A DNA stretch of 55,136 nt from a virus (taxonomy: Duplodnaviria; Caudoviricetes), in the IMG/VR virus record IMGVR_UViG_3300046004_002451, positions 1 to 55,136 of that record; one strand, 5' to 3'. Every line of letters starts with the position of its first letter. The first letter of the stretch is position 1. Both the position numbers and the translations under genes were made by a program. Below are positions 41,901-45,144 of this stretch, one piece after another. Under the pieces are notes generated by a model, which saw only the letters and a program-made list of their open reading frames with translations, was not told the DNA's origin and searched no databases.

Positions 41901-42843
41901 TGTGCTGTTGCAGCGCCGGCGTATCCATGTTTGCCAGTTTTTTCCGCTGGAAGGCTTCCCACTTTGCAGGATCAGCTTTTCGTAGATTTAGTTCGGCAAT
42001 AGTCTGGCCGGTCTGCTGGTGGCGTGTGCGCGCTTCATCATCGCCGGCAATCTTGGCTTGGGCAGCCCGGAGTTTTGCGGCGTGTGGTGCTGTGAGTGGA
42101 TCTGCTTCAAGGTCGGTGATGTCGGTCTCATCGAGTTGTGACTCAGGCTGACTCAGGCGGTCCATGCGCGCTTGAGCTGCTTGGGCTTCGGGAGTGGGAG
42201 CTTCATTGAATGGCACAAAGTCAGAGCCTCCTGTGACTCCTTTGGCACGCTCTTGAAGTTTAGGGGTGAGGGCAAAGGTGGCATTTTGATGAGCCGTCTT
42301 GAGTTCCTTCTCAGATGCGCGCCGTTCAGTCATGCTAAGGTGCTGCTGCTGTACGCCCGCCTCGGCTTTGATGCTCTCAATTTGTGAATCCAAAGAACTC
42401 CGCCGGAGATCCTCGCCTTCCTTCGCGCTGCGTTGAGCAAGCACGGCATCTGATTCGAGGGCCGTGAGTTCACCCGTGGCCGGATTCGTGGTGTATTTCC
42501 GGCCTTCCTGCTTCCACTTCACTTCTTGGGCTCCATCCTGCTGCTTCTTGAGCTGGGCGGCTTCCCATGTGGCATCATCCTGCTTCGGCCGAATGATTCC
42601 ATCAGCACCGGTCCACATTGGCCGGCCTTGTGCAATCAGGCTGCCTTCCGTATCAAGATTCTGATTGATTGTCTGCTGTTTGGCGATGTCTCGCTGTGCT
42701 TTGTCTGCCTCCCTTGAGGCTAACTGCTCGGCGCGCTGTTGCTCGCGACTGGCGCGCTGTTCTTCCTGGTCTCTGGCGGCAATTTCAGAGGCGTATTGTT
42801 TGCGGAGGTCGGGATTGTTGGAGAGGCTTGGATCGAAGGGCAT
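20995..42843 (-). CDS. Giant polyvalent DarB-like internal virion protein (7282 aa)
   Basis: Uninterrupted 21.8 kb ORF with ddrB-ParB, NDK, two ART-like (YHGT) domains, N6-adenine MTase (EPSAGNG/NVPF), SNF2-type helicase (GVGSGKS, DEAH, QRNGRIIRQGN), DarA_C-like and kinase-like domains; downstream of portal. Confidence 0.92.
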   Translation of the reverse strand: MPFDPSLSNNPDLRKQYASEIAARDQEEQRASREQQRAEQLASREADKAQRDIAKQQTINQNLDTEGSLIAQGRPMWTGADGIIRPKQDDATWEAAQLKKQQDGAQEVKWKQEGRKYTTNPATGELTALESDAVLAQRSAKEGEDLRRSSLDSQIESIKAEAGVQQQHLSMTERRASEKELKTAHQNATFALTPKLQERAKGVTGGSDFVPFNEAPTPEAQAAQARMDRLSQPESQLDETDITDLEADPLTAPHAAKLRAAQAKIAGDDEARTRHQQTGQTIAELNLRKADPAKWEAFQRKKLANMDTPALQQHIDKTDETLNASAATLQQRQADLEAPYIDAQAKQTALTAENDAAKQRGIPAGELVTASDGSTWHAPIWKKLTDLQAQTTTLQADPEHQKQRKLLEIDAAEYGREVNLRNEAAQNVQEKQKQGAGDVKAVQSFIPGMEQSSAASAAIEQEHAHRAADLEQYPEGSPQRAAAAEALNQDTQSRLEQAHAQGVQTNAAAQAAYMGIKTKLAENPALKAHAGDLFLEARKNLAQATGVTEQEADRILNDVESHDWSSIQGKHGEDFGPGTGAAQFMHEVRGDKRQHRILGNGGLLINPQITDPAEYAKAVEAAPASPEAKRAAMAVQPDIRANYGRQSLETLSKLQDEGWLAFQKSQPKDVALEEQAARYADTLKDSATPAGKITRQLLMSLAQGVDDIGAQALGLVAGITGSETAMKGAQALNERSQLMELDKQIHGAAEGLALRSVGQFGRLVPSLIPAFGGARAGQLGLTLFARTGFGAKMLPALAAALRGATTPAQAAKATASIVRAGVAGSAVAGGAQTYGAQIADIYTTLRQQNPEMSHATALRQAQLPSILSGGVTALLTTLTGAQGITKLLVTPNLAKEAFKKQFTSQMARAGYIGKEFVKGGLKEWPEEIGDELFSTVAAAVGTGQSVPQALAQFVESLPELSIAIFGLGGMGEGIQGIRETGMKRSDATQPGAAGAAPVATAPQMDPALRPEVAAAAWSAIDQLANHPTVRPEEVAPMQARASAALAVAQGGSAADLEEEQLNAAGWTRRNKDGQTDLNAPPTALKGYAGPPVLEVDTAGNITVAPAYRAILAEHLPEVAAAIPADHGATPVSAQPTATPGANSPETPQSTTTHENQPGSQEGRQGQGNALLNAPAPAAGEQSPAALRVEEFTRHFADLGLTEEEAAKVAEHLVATQGVVGESYMEQAVSKDYPKILRALGITGSLSPAHSQSDPLTAPVDLDAKLSPQNVNSAPSKPADQGAKRPVSDSPESRSNVAERPVIKAKPSLKTPPTLSYPQQERSEQIAVMLYRDGSGPYSQEEAAALADEYVASFGGRLDAAIAHMLKSRKLKLAPDSAAARQKHFLQWLAEKENAANDGKLTKGKVNPDGSPVVEASTVSNDTTEPETVAVTPDRPADLRRHAAWARARLQALTTLPAESRKAARATLNALERAIASNHLLFSKLALGDSAKAILGGDAIAVQELNGDMVLAINLGALIHEMRNITNVNEGITASLVEEAIHAAVLKIAQGKPEKYGRGALVKRWQSLTPALRQKVWSSYHAIDIANKKQPAKMPTDLSAGRQWHLMHEFARMLVQDRHFAGQVSEAAAQDKSLAKWLMDMLKDLGQALKDLISQTSPELQDELNVMVDEIGQLVLEFQARSQGDPSRLASMPTLRPAAKAAVTTKEISGGQTNNVPPKPGKVTGVDTTTDNRAAVLAGAAPLPQTKATASADFKPVTGTSGTAYTDANDAIDYEWAVVDVNSLTISNKDDGRINPEYPQELQPRDRTSAGSESQVIDIAKNLNLDRLSASNGVGDGAPIIGDDGVVESGNGRMMGARRAHGNQSPAAATYREALLAKAASFGLDAAEVGKIKNPVLVRIRKTPVNRVAFVLSANVSTIAPKREIEQAKIDAKQIVPDHFENFVPNEEGEVFTQANAEFIRGFISDIVPPAERPAIIDAQGNLSQTGLRRLRNALFVYAYGDSKETLGALSTLTEDINGEGRNLVNALIAIAPRFAEQNSRISAGALYPLSITEELAKALATYQDIKTRGDTVESWSAQETLAGIGEAPSAFEKTLVTALHDHRRKPKQLLAALDRYAKAIDAAGDPKQTSLFGNEPRPTKAELFALATGKTFTQEAAPAVEAPPAQPSNEEAAPAPGHPAPKHDLPKGSLIFSDVYRSEGNLTVTGEPVWNKEDQAWSYPAITPGGRTFSVAERFVSKVVSTPVSTPVSTPVSTPVSTPVSTPVSTPVSTPAAGALSSLDAAKAIQKKTGLLDASKLSEALVAQLSLRPLAAFRLAEGLIKDIQRPKKAEPDAAAAEKATPEELKKQAALAARYPNNNAAPSKRHTWAEGMDPAEYNRLSMGSKAVKPTDEIIDVPSKANLLASLNSGQRFSGPNWYSAGLRALNKALNFATPVELRLTEVSDYGGKIVAEIDGLDVPITKGKLRHSDVGFFFGRQQRKIVTMPVAQPADSKLPAPRLAPQTALKLYRTLTAKQAEAPLTAGQAKALETAERALGQTFMFDAPETSILKPADDLVLERQTASRATFADSSPVQLALFASKKAVELPGVPRTIVDQAISLNNSVWNRVDKATGANLSRFFSAPDTDVVFLVKPIGLEMNGERILEDFIKKHGGIISAKWKGRVTSERMEQHYAEHKGKGFFPKLTGYYEGRDVAAYRVKVRADAIPTLRNLVGKSSVPKNEPSLRSSIVYAGNGAEEGWNNLFTDPKLNSIDNGIHLSDSPEAGARESEIWFGRAAQSAPQPAPASPSLMEVMPGLPREIQQLTEFAHGYAKTQAETFLPAMRQAARKVGLRFLPTLAGDAVSAPRTKNPARQSVPHNLLRTTLQDGQTEEQLLASVERLMPALADLGYQLATDTAGEPFMEYAEGEVVLSLVQDSDTHIDPIVQELRIASPALIKRRTTLYGAASYRLEKALEAFKKWSSWSWTKKRATFAERHMGQRPASAISSASASVNPEASISRPIETASSTASTAQSNPASNNSPIVRLLALGRTHKSAARLSSTERARYFSRASFMSKDMRFQADNQAESRQPTTQEQAQLTLDELMMQAGGARELTGAHALPDAARTLRLGGPARKRFLPQVWAMQKLTYDGMGNPYQSADQLLAEDVLFDIVFNDAGVPVTFAMVKPGIYGYKGTSFGSDGSYGGKQGVHGLLGRLKTPGYWAELSDGPERSARRQGVPIIKAGTAVTMVKRATALEDGLTYERGITGLPTPHIKTAFGRPWNAPQSSEFSTLKKGSVSLWTADTSIDPVYQTGWDDFVSEGSSSFDIFPGAAEAYQKQVEHESKGEVQIRILDGYIRAMHADGTLTSTDPHDANWNYLWEDEQALTQAITGGNQTVMPDGAILEGPGLQILKKGTVYHGTPHKVDEFSLDKIGTGEGVQAYGWGLYFARNVKTAKRYQENLAGKNKANPIDSSSASSRAADLINYYRGNKESAKAELKRQVLDEIVSESEAADIARFIDSTELSTGNLYTLDLLPDEDEFLDWDLPVILQSSKVRAAWLEYQKQEGARRGYPMVISDQITGSAIYDMLAGGTTGLRGFEHAARRASESLAQLGVPGIRYLDGGSRIQDVTEGFVIREEAQARADQLRADGYLEVHVIPRGFEGDAASGKWWVEASKNPTHNYVLFDAKLVKILEENGRPRESQSLAMGRKAVDDTPDLFSFNNGLDLTTLLTPAQNAAKLQQAQTLNLFGDFTDAQPRPTTKRPAQPTRAPRTQEATGTAGGFDDLFGQTGMAGNGLSRNGPLFGDAGQSGGRGGSGANADGGGATSGLGTDGNGEGQSQDLPGDRVPGLRTDGEDPHAGDTNGLVGPFLVIQRNGETSQHNWASNARGQAKDTFGQFFGRDSTGKAVLIKDYNVGRPRPPVGSSDRNFEVPDTVETLAPTGNKAKIQANQDAIKLLKKLEDEQRNASPEEKQVLASYTGWGAFKEAFNEGYEESIRRHWDHRSDKTYMPGYLRSWSENHRDTHKLLKEAMTQEEFDSAALSTLNAHFTAAPVIRAMWKMVEHLGFKGGRAMEPSAGNGHYIGLQPSTLADRTRWQSTELDELTTRLLAKLYPEITVNEQEGGNPARIASGMGFQEARVPNGSLDLFISNVPFHQTGPKKKGFPNLNLHNFFFAHALDKVKPGGLVAFITSDGTLQNRIKQREFIASKGDLVAAFRLPNNAFKANAGTEVTTDIIIIRKPDGTPFKGEAWRDLVEVGRAPVTLKQSDGQLLADLRKEAERLGPITSEDTRDRGAARITVSAPIMVNEYFINHPQNVLGTHTLEGSMYRGGAYAVQAPEGMDVMKALEALIPGLPKNIMGQQAPAANNAGNASRGDKPFSHIERDGKIYEVQPDGSLEEADWGLNPEFVKVWRSWKTVHEATQELIEASIQQGAKESHLDALRARLNVVYDSHVLKHKAISKRYPNAHSFLFGDPAHPLTAALENEVVAIDKKTAKKTYSYKKADILTKRITPPIEAPTTAKNIREALETSLAWTGTLQPTYMAQLLRTDSDTVRQLLDAEADVFEDPATSTYETAESYLSGNVRARLETAEEAAKTDPKFNKNVDALTQAMPERKSIGRITPTLGARWLPMEVYNAFIADQLGGTDTVTYEPAGNSWNFHGPHLFTTEDFGTEKAGPYTLMKHALNMTEPLIYDGKGDDKSLDHQATAAARHALDKMRQAFVTFVKSSEVPVTVMPDEELAGAPTPAPVPVWQASEDAFNVTNNSYVNPQHKGEYLQFPGLNTGHVHTKPFRRAVLARFLSLRRGMMAHGVGSGKSFNLIMLAYELKRLGMAQKPMIVVQNSTLGQFAKSYMQAYPTARVLVPTTKDFEKQNIRRLVAKIATGNWDTVILPHSKFDLISNKDSAVKDYMDSQIQELKEALTRTKDESKVRNLQTILLGLKERRTKMLNDLAERADTAVFWEDLGVDAILMDEAHNYKSLPIITRMGRVKGVPSSKDSQRAINFMLKVRDVQKKTGGKNIFLATGTPVKNSIAEAFIMMQFMAPDILEDYGIRNFDDFATSFGQMVTAPEMAWSGTPKMESRFVKFQNGPALITMIRSMFDVAMGNDKLGLDVPAIDGGEAEMKIIDTTPSNDQFNAWVRSVGELWKGADKEEKEMYGAAPIQTMAAGIAAALDPRLISPTAPDHADSKVNVAIRRVVEIYKAGHERKTTQLIFSDLRNQFKMDYLVPFTGHPFPEYGSAGEFDLYKDMQKKLIASGVKPEHILLMESGWSDDKKTKLFEKVSSGEIRIVIGSTELLGVGVNVQERLKAVHHLMPPRDFTPAMQEQRNGRIIRQGNMHAAKVEGVDTWNEPVFIINYGTEGSMDSAIYSALARKQRAITQLLMGEDISDVFDDPTDPMAVNLAEMAARTLGDLDFIRKIELEKEIKDLRLLRDSHLSEHGSRKSRLLSYQASLRNAPLYRAQEVTRKAAAEKLWVRTAPRPEGVRPETDISGDAVYEFGGTVIDTAAPDFKGITKPMELWLREQSIIMERAGQKRKPLTMHINGKPVFIEVHTAIGEDTPGSILDSDGAASTWGNSFNGPAGLINRLRSRAGVAQDSIDQIDRDIIRDTAAEAKLREALSRATAWPDHDRLAALEAEDVAVSARLAEKAGAHQEPDPNAPKGPPKVNGQPLGPMKAPDPDFMSPEVQRAIESAVITANRLVLPDTLDRKLYEKVNRALESAGGRWSKKVKAHVFLDDPSEVLGLTPSLITPVTADNERASAIKALMSGRDGKLPEAPKSYRYEMRARPPGINTHPTEGLIAHTEGGSRHGYLDYNRRLTDEEVYNYELRPEQEDPENRPERLAMSNKSVYGTDHEGVTNQLDSRTAGKSFIRGSRVTAEQGQAIRDVHFDRLNEAGPLRKGGAFARPNFDWSPGPRLAAELAQAFGVPVLTEAQEQAIRALPVNDAGVESMIYLDHAAGVIYKKLKDFSENPSGGIWPHVGHTNLKRLEWSYQPAKNPRATAVRLAVMSDMGGTPTEIAAIGADGHIYLKQPMSPRPNIGSDTGRSMERRDISLNRSGAVDIPDSLRAHAKAGQRAQVAIVKGRPWLVLDLHEDNYIGDHQGNARINDPVIGLLTTDTLKNVSGLGAIVQAAAKQSQQLGDRANRLFKGTVAPANNDAEYMQAVAAGDLAKAQRMVDEAAKEAGAVLFKGEAMHAYHGTTQKGIQIFKVPADQVSTHTRHLGVWFAAPSNSSEYAGNAEEVAAEFANRFEGGPEKWEMKGDLLIGDTSVGSVTDAFLFIKNPKEFEGFEELQDYRSSRKIPASQIRERLQQLGFDGIVVRESNTDGNVYRDDWVAFTPNQIKSADPVTRDESGKVIPLSQRFNPETNNILFKGTVLAQSKKAPTTASPLAALGWNHLDRAASAKLADLAAHLNASTGAGDAVAKWQSAPNAKPFVAAAHALKREFFPDSVLPREVAAHKREMEIKTAVGSQKAMDLVRALSGNPKFSDIAYPPEFASNPMWRRKLYLAMKGEEPLSALPQSLQDLATRLRELLVDQGREAVKQGRMSLETFENLQAGYMPHFYKEDVQREKSITKRFRLGLKDIGAQRTTAWHIADRENKDATGEPRLINHQGNQWRFKNQGHRDAFYEDFILGNVLAELQGRNKANRGLTLADLRAPAKLNAELQGRIKELTRAQRYRFEKRAPLSVDEQEHAGLIMDPVYSISRYMAQMVHDNSTAEFFNFVASKPEWISDVQVAGFTEIPDNPRFGRLAGRFVMDDIAGQLLEMVEAPGIALQLYDTLLGWWKTGKTVLNPGTHVRNVLGNVFFSQLAGTSVWNPGNVTFYKQALSAMRNGGRDLQEAYDMGVLGADFVSAELRQTLRQLLPDPATIADDGKPDVLLGIGKAFGKVLPEWAKNPLHKSYNQIAALYQAEDELFKLATYFKAKAMGMTNEAARDHVRHWFPYFDGGTSASLKLLGRTAMPFLGFYRESIRIFGNALKERPIALAAGLAVPSLITFLSALAMGLDDDELEQVKRDMRGKGGKLLGPTPLGGVPLFSMLLPVRSDQGQLQQFDISAIHPFVDFMGNRVEGGDSEDWWQKTLRSFVAAGPIGSMLYSQMTGKDTFGDRTFVENNMTAAEKLAARADNVAKTVLPPLLPGGTGFATLLHAGERSTNKTLEVRSPTQAVGRALFGMDVRNATPDLYRIAEDWRKKNGVPSTEGMDYGSTTPQSRARKALFAVLAQDTPNLAAIANIKAKLKDMGAPIQNAKDVQQLLFYKNPLMIIRGQEQQTKFRASLTGLERQTLDTAMREYERIKARAPGLLLR
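25158..25349 (-). CDS. Nested alternate-frame gene (63 aa) just upstream of the kinase-like domain
   Basis: TTGCAA(25385-25380)-17 nt-TATGGT(25362-25357)-7 nt-ATG. Confidence 0.5.
   Translation of the reverse strand: MKESQINWTAGLPENRLFEDHELPLNKDKRYAMSISTASMKLDHLGREVPLRAQTSTGAPAHA
31311..31646 (-). CDS. Nested alternate-frame gene (111 aa) just upstream of the MTase domain
   Basis: GGAGA RBS; helical acidic product with CxxC; host frame here is a Gly-rich linker. Confidence 0.65.
   Translation of the reverse strand: MRNPDQLPNVLHSLLAHPGLKKLLAQPAALTTYLAKQAWPETDSAETDPYSGTPDSQEAAEEAELMPMVEEQLADLELTETEKDNLKTSLATVCPACAQMAKILMPATQTV
33689..33916 (+). CDS. Nested antisense gene (75 aa, acidic helical)
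   Basis: TTGATT(33655)-17 nt-TATCCT(33678)-5 nt-ATG; host frame here is a Ser-rich antisense shadow. Confidence 0.65.
   Translation: MKEALEKYRALSVEDRRAADLCVRPSANNRTMGELFDAGFDWAVEAVDEAVSIGREMLASGFTEADALEIAEAGR
36030..36125. repeat. Perfect 12-bp tandem repeat x8 encoding (VSTP)8
   Basis: CCGGAGTGGAAA x8 with no mismatches. Confidence 0.97.
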
Positions 42844-42870
42844 GAGAGTTTAAGGGTAGTTATTCAACCG

Positions 42871-43539
42871 TTAAGGCTGACCGTTTGGGAATGGGCTTGT
42901 TGAACGAGGGCTGAAAGTCTTCGGTGTAAATAAAGCGGTGGCGGCATTTTGCACGACGTTTGCCAATTTACCGTTTCCGGGGATGATTGCTTGAGCAATG
43001 GCGCCAGGTATAGATACGCCATCAGCTACATTCTTCGCGGTTTGCTGTGCGAAGTTGATCGCTTTTAAGCCGGCGTTGGCGCCAGAAAAAGCAAGGTCCG
43101 GCAACATGCCAATACCCTCGGCAGTTATTCTGGCTGGCACGGAAAGCCGCGGCTCAATCGCGTCGATGGTAGCCTGTGTGTCGTTTGTTAAATTCCGCGC
43201 GGCTTTGCCAATAGGCTTAGCTACCGGCAGTAACGATTGTGAATGAGCACGGCTATTGTTCAGGGCTTGAGTCTCTAAAGTTTTTGGGTCGGCTTTTAGG
43301 GTATCCCATACCCGGCCGAGAATGCTCTTTCCAGCTCCTACAGTGGGTTGAGATACAACCGGCCGCTGGCTATTATTTTGGAGAAAGTTCGACGCCTGCA
43401 TTAGCGGTTTAGATACGCCTTGCACGATTTTTGCACCACCTACCACCGTTGCAGCGAGGGCTTGGTTGCCCGGACTTAGAGCCGGCTGCGCTGGAGCAGG
43501 TGGAGCTTGAAAGCCTGCTTGTGGCATTAGGAGATTCAT
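42871..43539 (-). CDS. Putative internal virion protein
   Basis: 222 aa Ala/Gln/Pro-rich; between portal and the giant gene; ATGA-coupled. Confidence 0.6.
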   Translation of the reverse strand: MNLLMPQAGFQAPPAPAQPALSPGNQALAATVVGGAKIVQGVSKPLMQASNFLQNNSQRPVVSQPTVGAGKSILGRVWDTLKADPKTLETQALNNSRAHSQSLLPVAKPIGKAARNLTNDTQATIDAIEPRLSVPARITAEGIGMLPDLAFSGANAGLKAINFAQQTAKNVADGVSIPGAIAQAIIPGNGKLANVVQNAATALFTPKTFSPRSTSPFPNGQP

Positions 43540-44816
43540 CGCGTTGCAATGACTGCGGGCTGTGGTTGAGGGGTAGGACGTTGAACACCTCTCTTGAGGC
43601 GATCCTGTGCATTCTTGTCGCCGAACAGGAATTTGCCACCCGCGGCACCGGCTTTGCCAATCATTTCACCGCCGGCTGCTAATACTCCCCCGACGACATC
43701 CGGGGTTTTTAGGAGTGGTGCTGCCAGCGTTCCAACCCCTTTGGCTATGGCTACAGGTCCGGGTGTGGCATCATGCTGGTCCAGCCGAGTTTGAGCCTCT
43801 GCGAATGCTGGTGAGGCAGTGGCAGGTGCAAAGCTCGGCGCCGGCGTCGGTGCCGGTAAACCAGCCATACCTTCGTTGATGATGGCTAGTCGGCCGGCGG
43901 GTGTCATGTTCTGCGGCACGCTTGTGCCTCCTGTGCTCGCTGCTACAGCGGCAGGTGTAGATAATGCCTTGGGCGGTCCTTGATCAATAAGGGCCCGTCC
44001 CACGGCGCTGGGGGCATTTGCTGGGTTTACTGGATAGGCGGGGGTCGGGGCTGCTGCTACGGTGGGCGGGGCGGCCACGGGCGGCGGTGTCATCGGTGGT
44101 TTAGTGACTGCGCCGGCGAGGACGGCCGGCGGTGTGGCAATCTGCCCAAACACACCAGCCGCTTGCCGTTGTTTAGCAAAGGCGGTGGCTGCTGCTAGGC
44201 GTGGGTCACTAGGCCTTTGGCCGGCGGGCAACTGGGTACTGCTGCCGCTGCCAAATTGTGAGCCGGCAATAGTCTGCGCGCCACTTTGGCCGGGCATGAT
44301 GCGGGCTCCTGACGCAAACTGAACACCATTGGCATCTCGAGCCGTGATGCCATTCTTGGCATCATTAAGTCCGCGCGAAATACCTGCAGCGGCGGCCTCA
44401 GCACCACGAACTGCGCCATCATGAGCTACCTGTGATTGTGCGTTGATCCCGTCACCCGTTGGGGCCGGCGGGGGGGTCAATCCGCTGAACATTGGTGGCG
44501 GAGCTGTTGGCGCCGCGCGCGGAGTGAGCCCTACGCCCCCGGATAATGGCCCACCTTTCACATATCCACTTTTCCCAGTTGGAACGGGGGCGCCGGAAAG
44601 GATGGCTTGCTGCATGTCCGGTTTAGTGAGCCCCTTAAATGGTCCATCTTTTACGCGCGTGCCTTTGGTGCTGGTTGTGACGGTGCCTCGGCCGGCTTCA
44701 CGCATATCACGACCTTCCGTGTCGATGATGTTCTGCTTAAACGCTATTTGCTCGGCGGGAGTGAGCGGGGGTAATTTACGATCAGCGCGGCGTCGTTGTT
44801 CTTGTTCGAGAGTCAT
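43536..44816 (-). CDS. Pro/Ala/Gly-rich putative internal virion protein
   Basis: 426 aa low-complexity ORF in the portal operon. Confidence 0.6.
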   Translation of the reverse strand: MTLEQEQRRRADRKLPPLTPAEQIAFKQNIIDTEGRDMREAGRGTVTTSTKGTRVKDGPFKGLTKPDMQQAILSGAPVPTGKSGYVKGGPLSGGVGLTPRAAPTAPPPMFSGLTPPPAPTGDGINAQSQVAHDGAVRGAEAAAAGISRGLNDAKNGITARDANGVQFASGARIMPGQSGAQTIAGSQFGSGSSTQLPAGQRPSDPRLAAATAFAKQRQAAGVFGQIATPPAVLAGAVTKPPMTPPPVAAPPTVAAAPTPAYPVNPANAPSAVGRALIDQGPPKALSTPAAVAASTGGTSVPQNMTPAGRLAIINEGMAGLPAPTPAPSFAPATASPAFAEAQTRLDQHDATPGPVAIAKGVGTLAAPLLKTPDVVGGVLAAGGEMIGKAGAAGGKFLFGDKNAQDRLKRGVQRPTPQPQPAVIATR

Positions 44817-44856
44817 GGTGATGATGTGAAAAGTTTGAAACTAGGTGTCATGGGTG

Positions 44857-45141
44857 TCATCTAACCGGATTGAGAATCTGCGCACGAGCACGAGCTTCCA
44901 TGTCTCGAAGCATCTGGAACAGCGGGTTAAGTGTGCGGTAGGTCGCAAGCGCTGCACTATCAGGCGGCACACCCGCTTCCACGGCTTCGAGGATTTGGAC
45001 TTTCGCGCCTTCGAGGTCGATCGTGAGCTTTGGTAATAGCCACTCAGTCCAGCCAGCGCATTTTTTCAGTGATTCCAACCAGCGAATGATTCCACCTGCA
45101 TCAAGCGGCGGAGTTTTTGGCTTGTCGGGCGATGGCAGCAT
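44857..45141 (-). CDS. Small protein following portal
   Basis: 94 aa helical ORF starting 3 nt after the portal stop. Confidence 0.65.
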   Translation of the reverse strand: MLPSPDKPKTPPLDAGGIIRWLESLKKCAGWTEWLLPKLTIDLEGAKVQILEAVEAGVPPDSAALATYRTLNPLFQMLRDMEARARAQILNPVR

Positions 45142-45144
45142 AAT

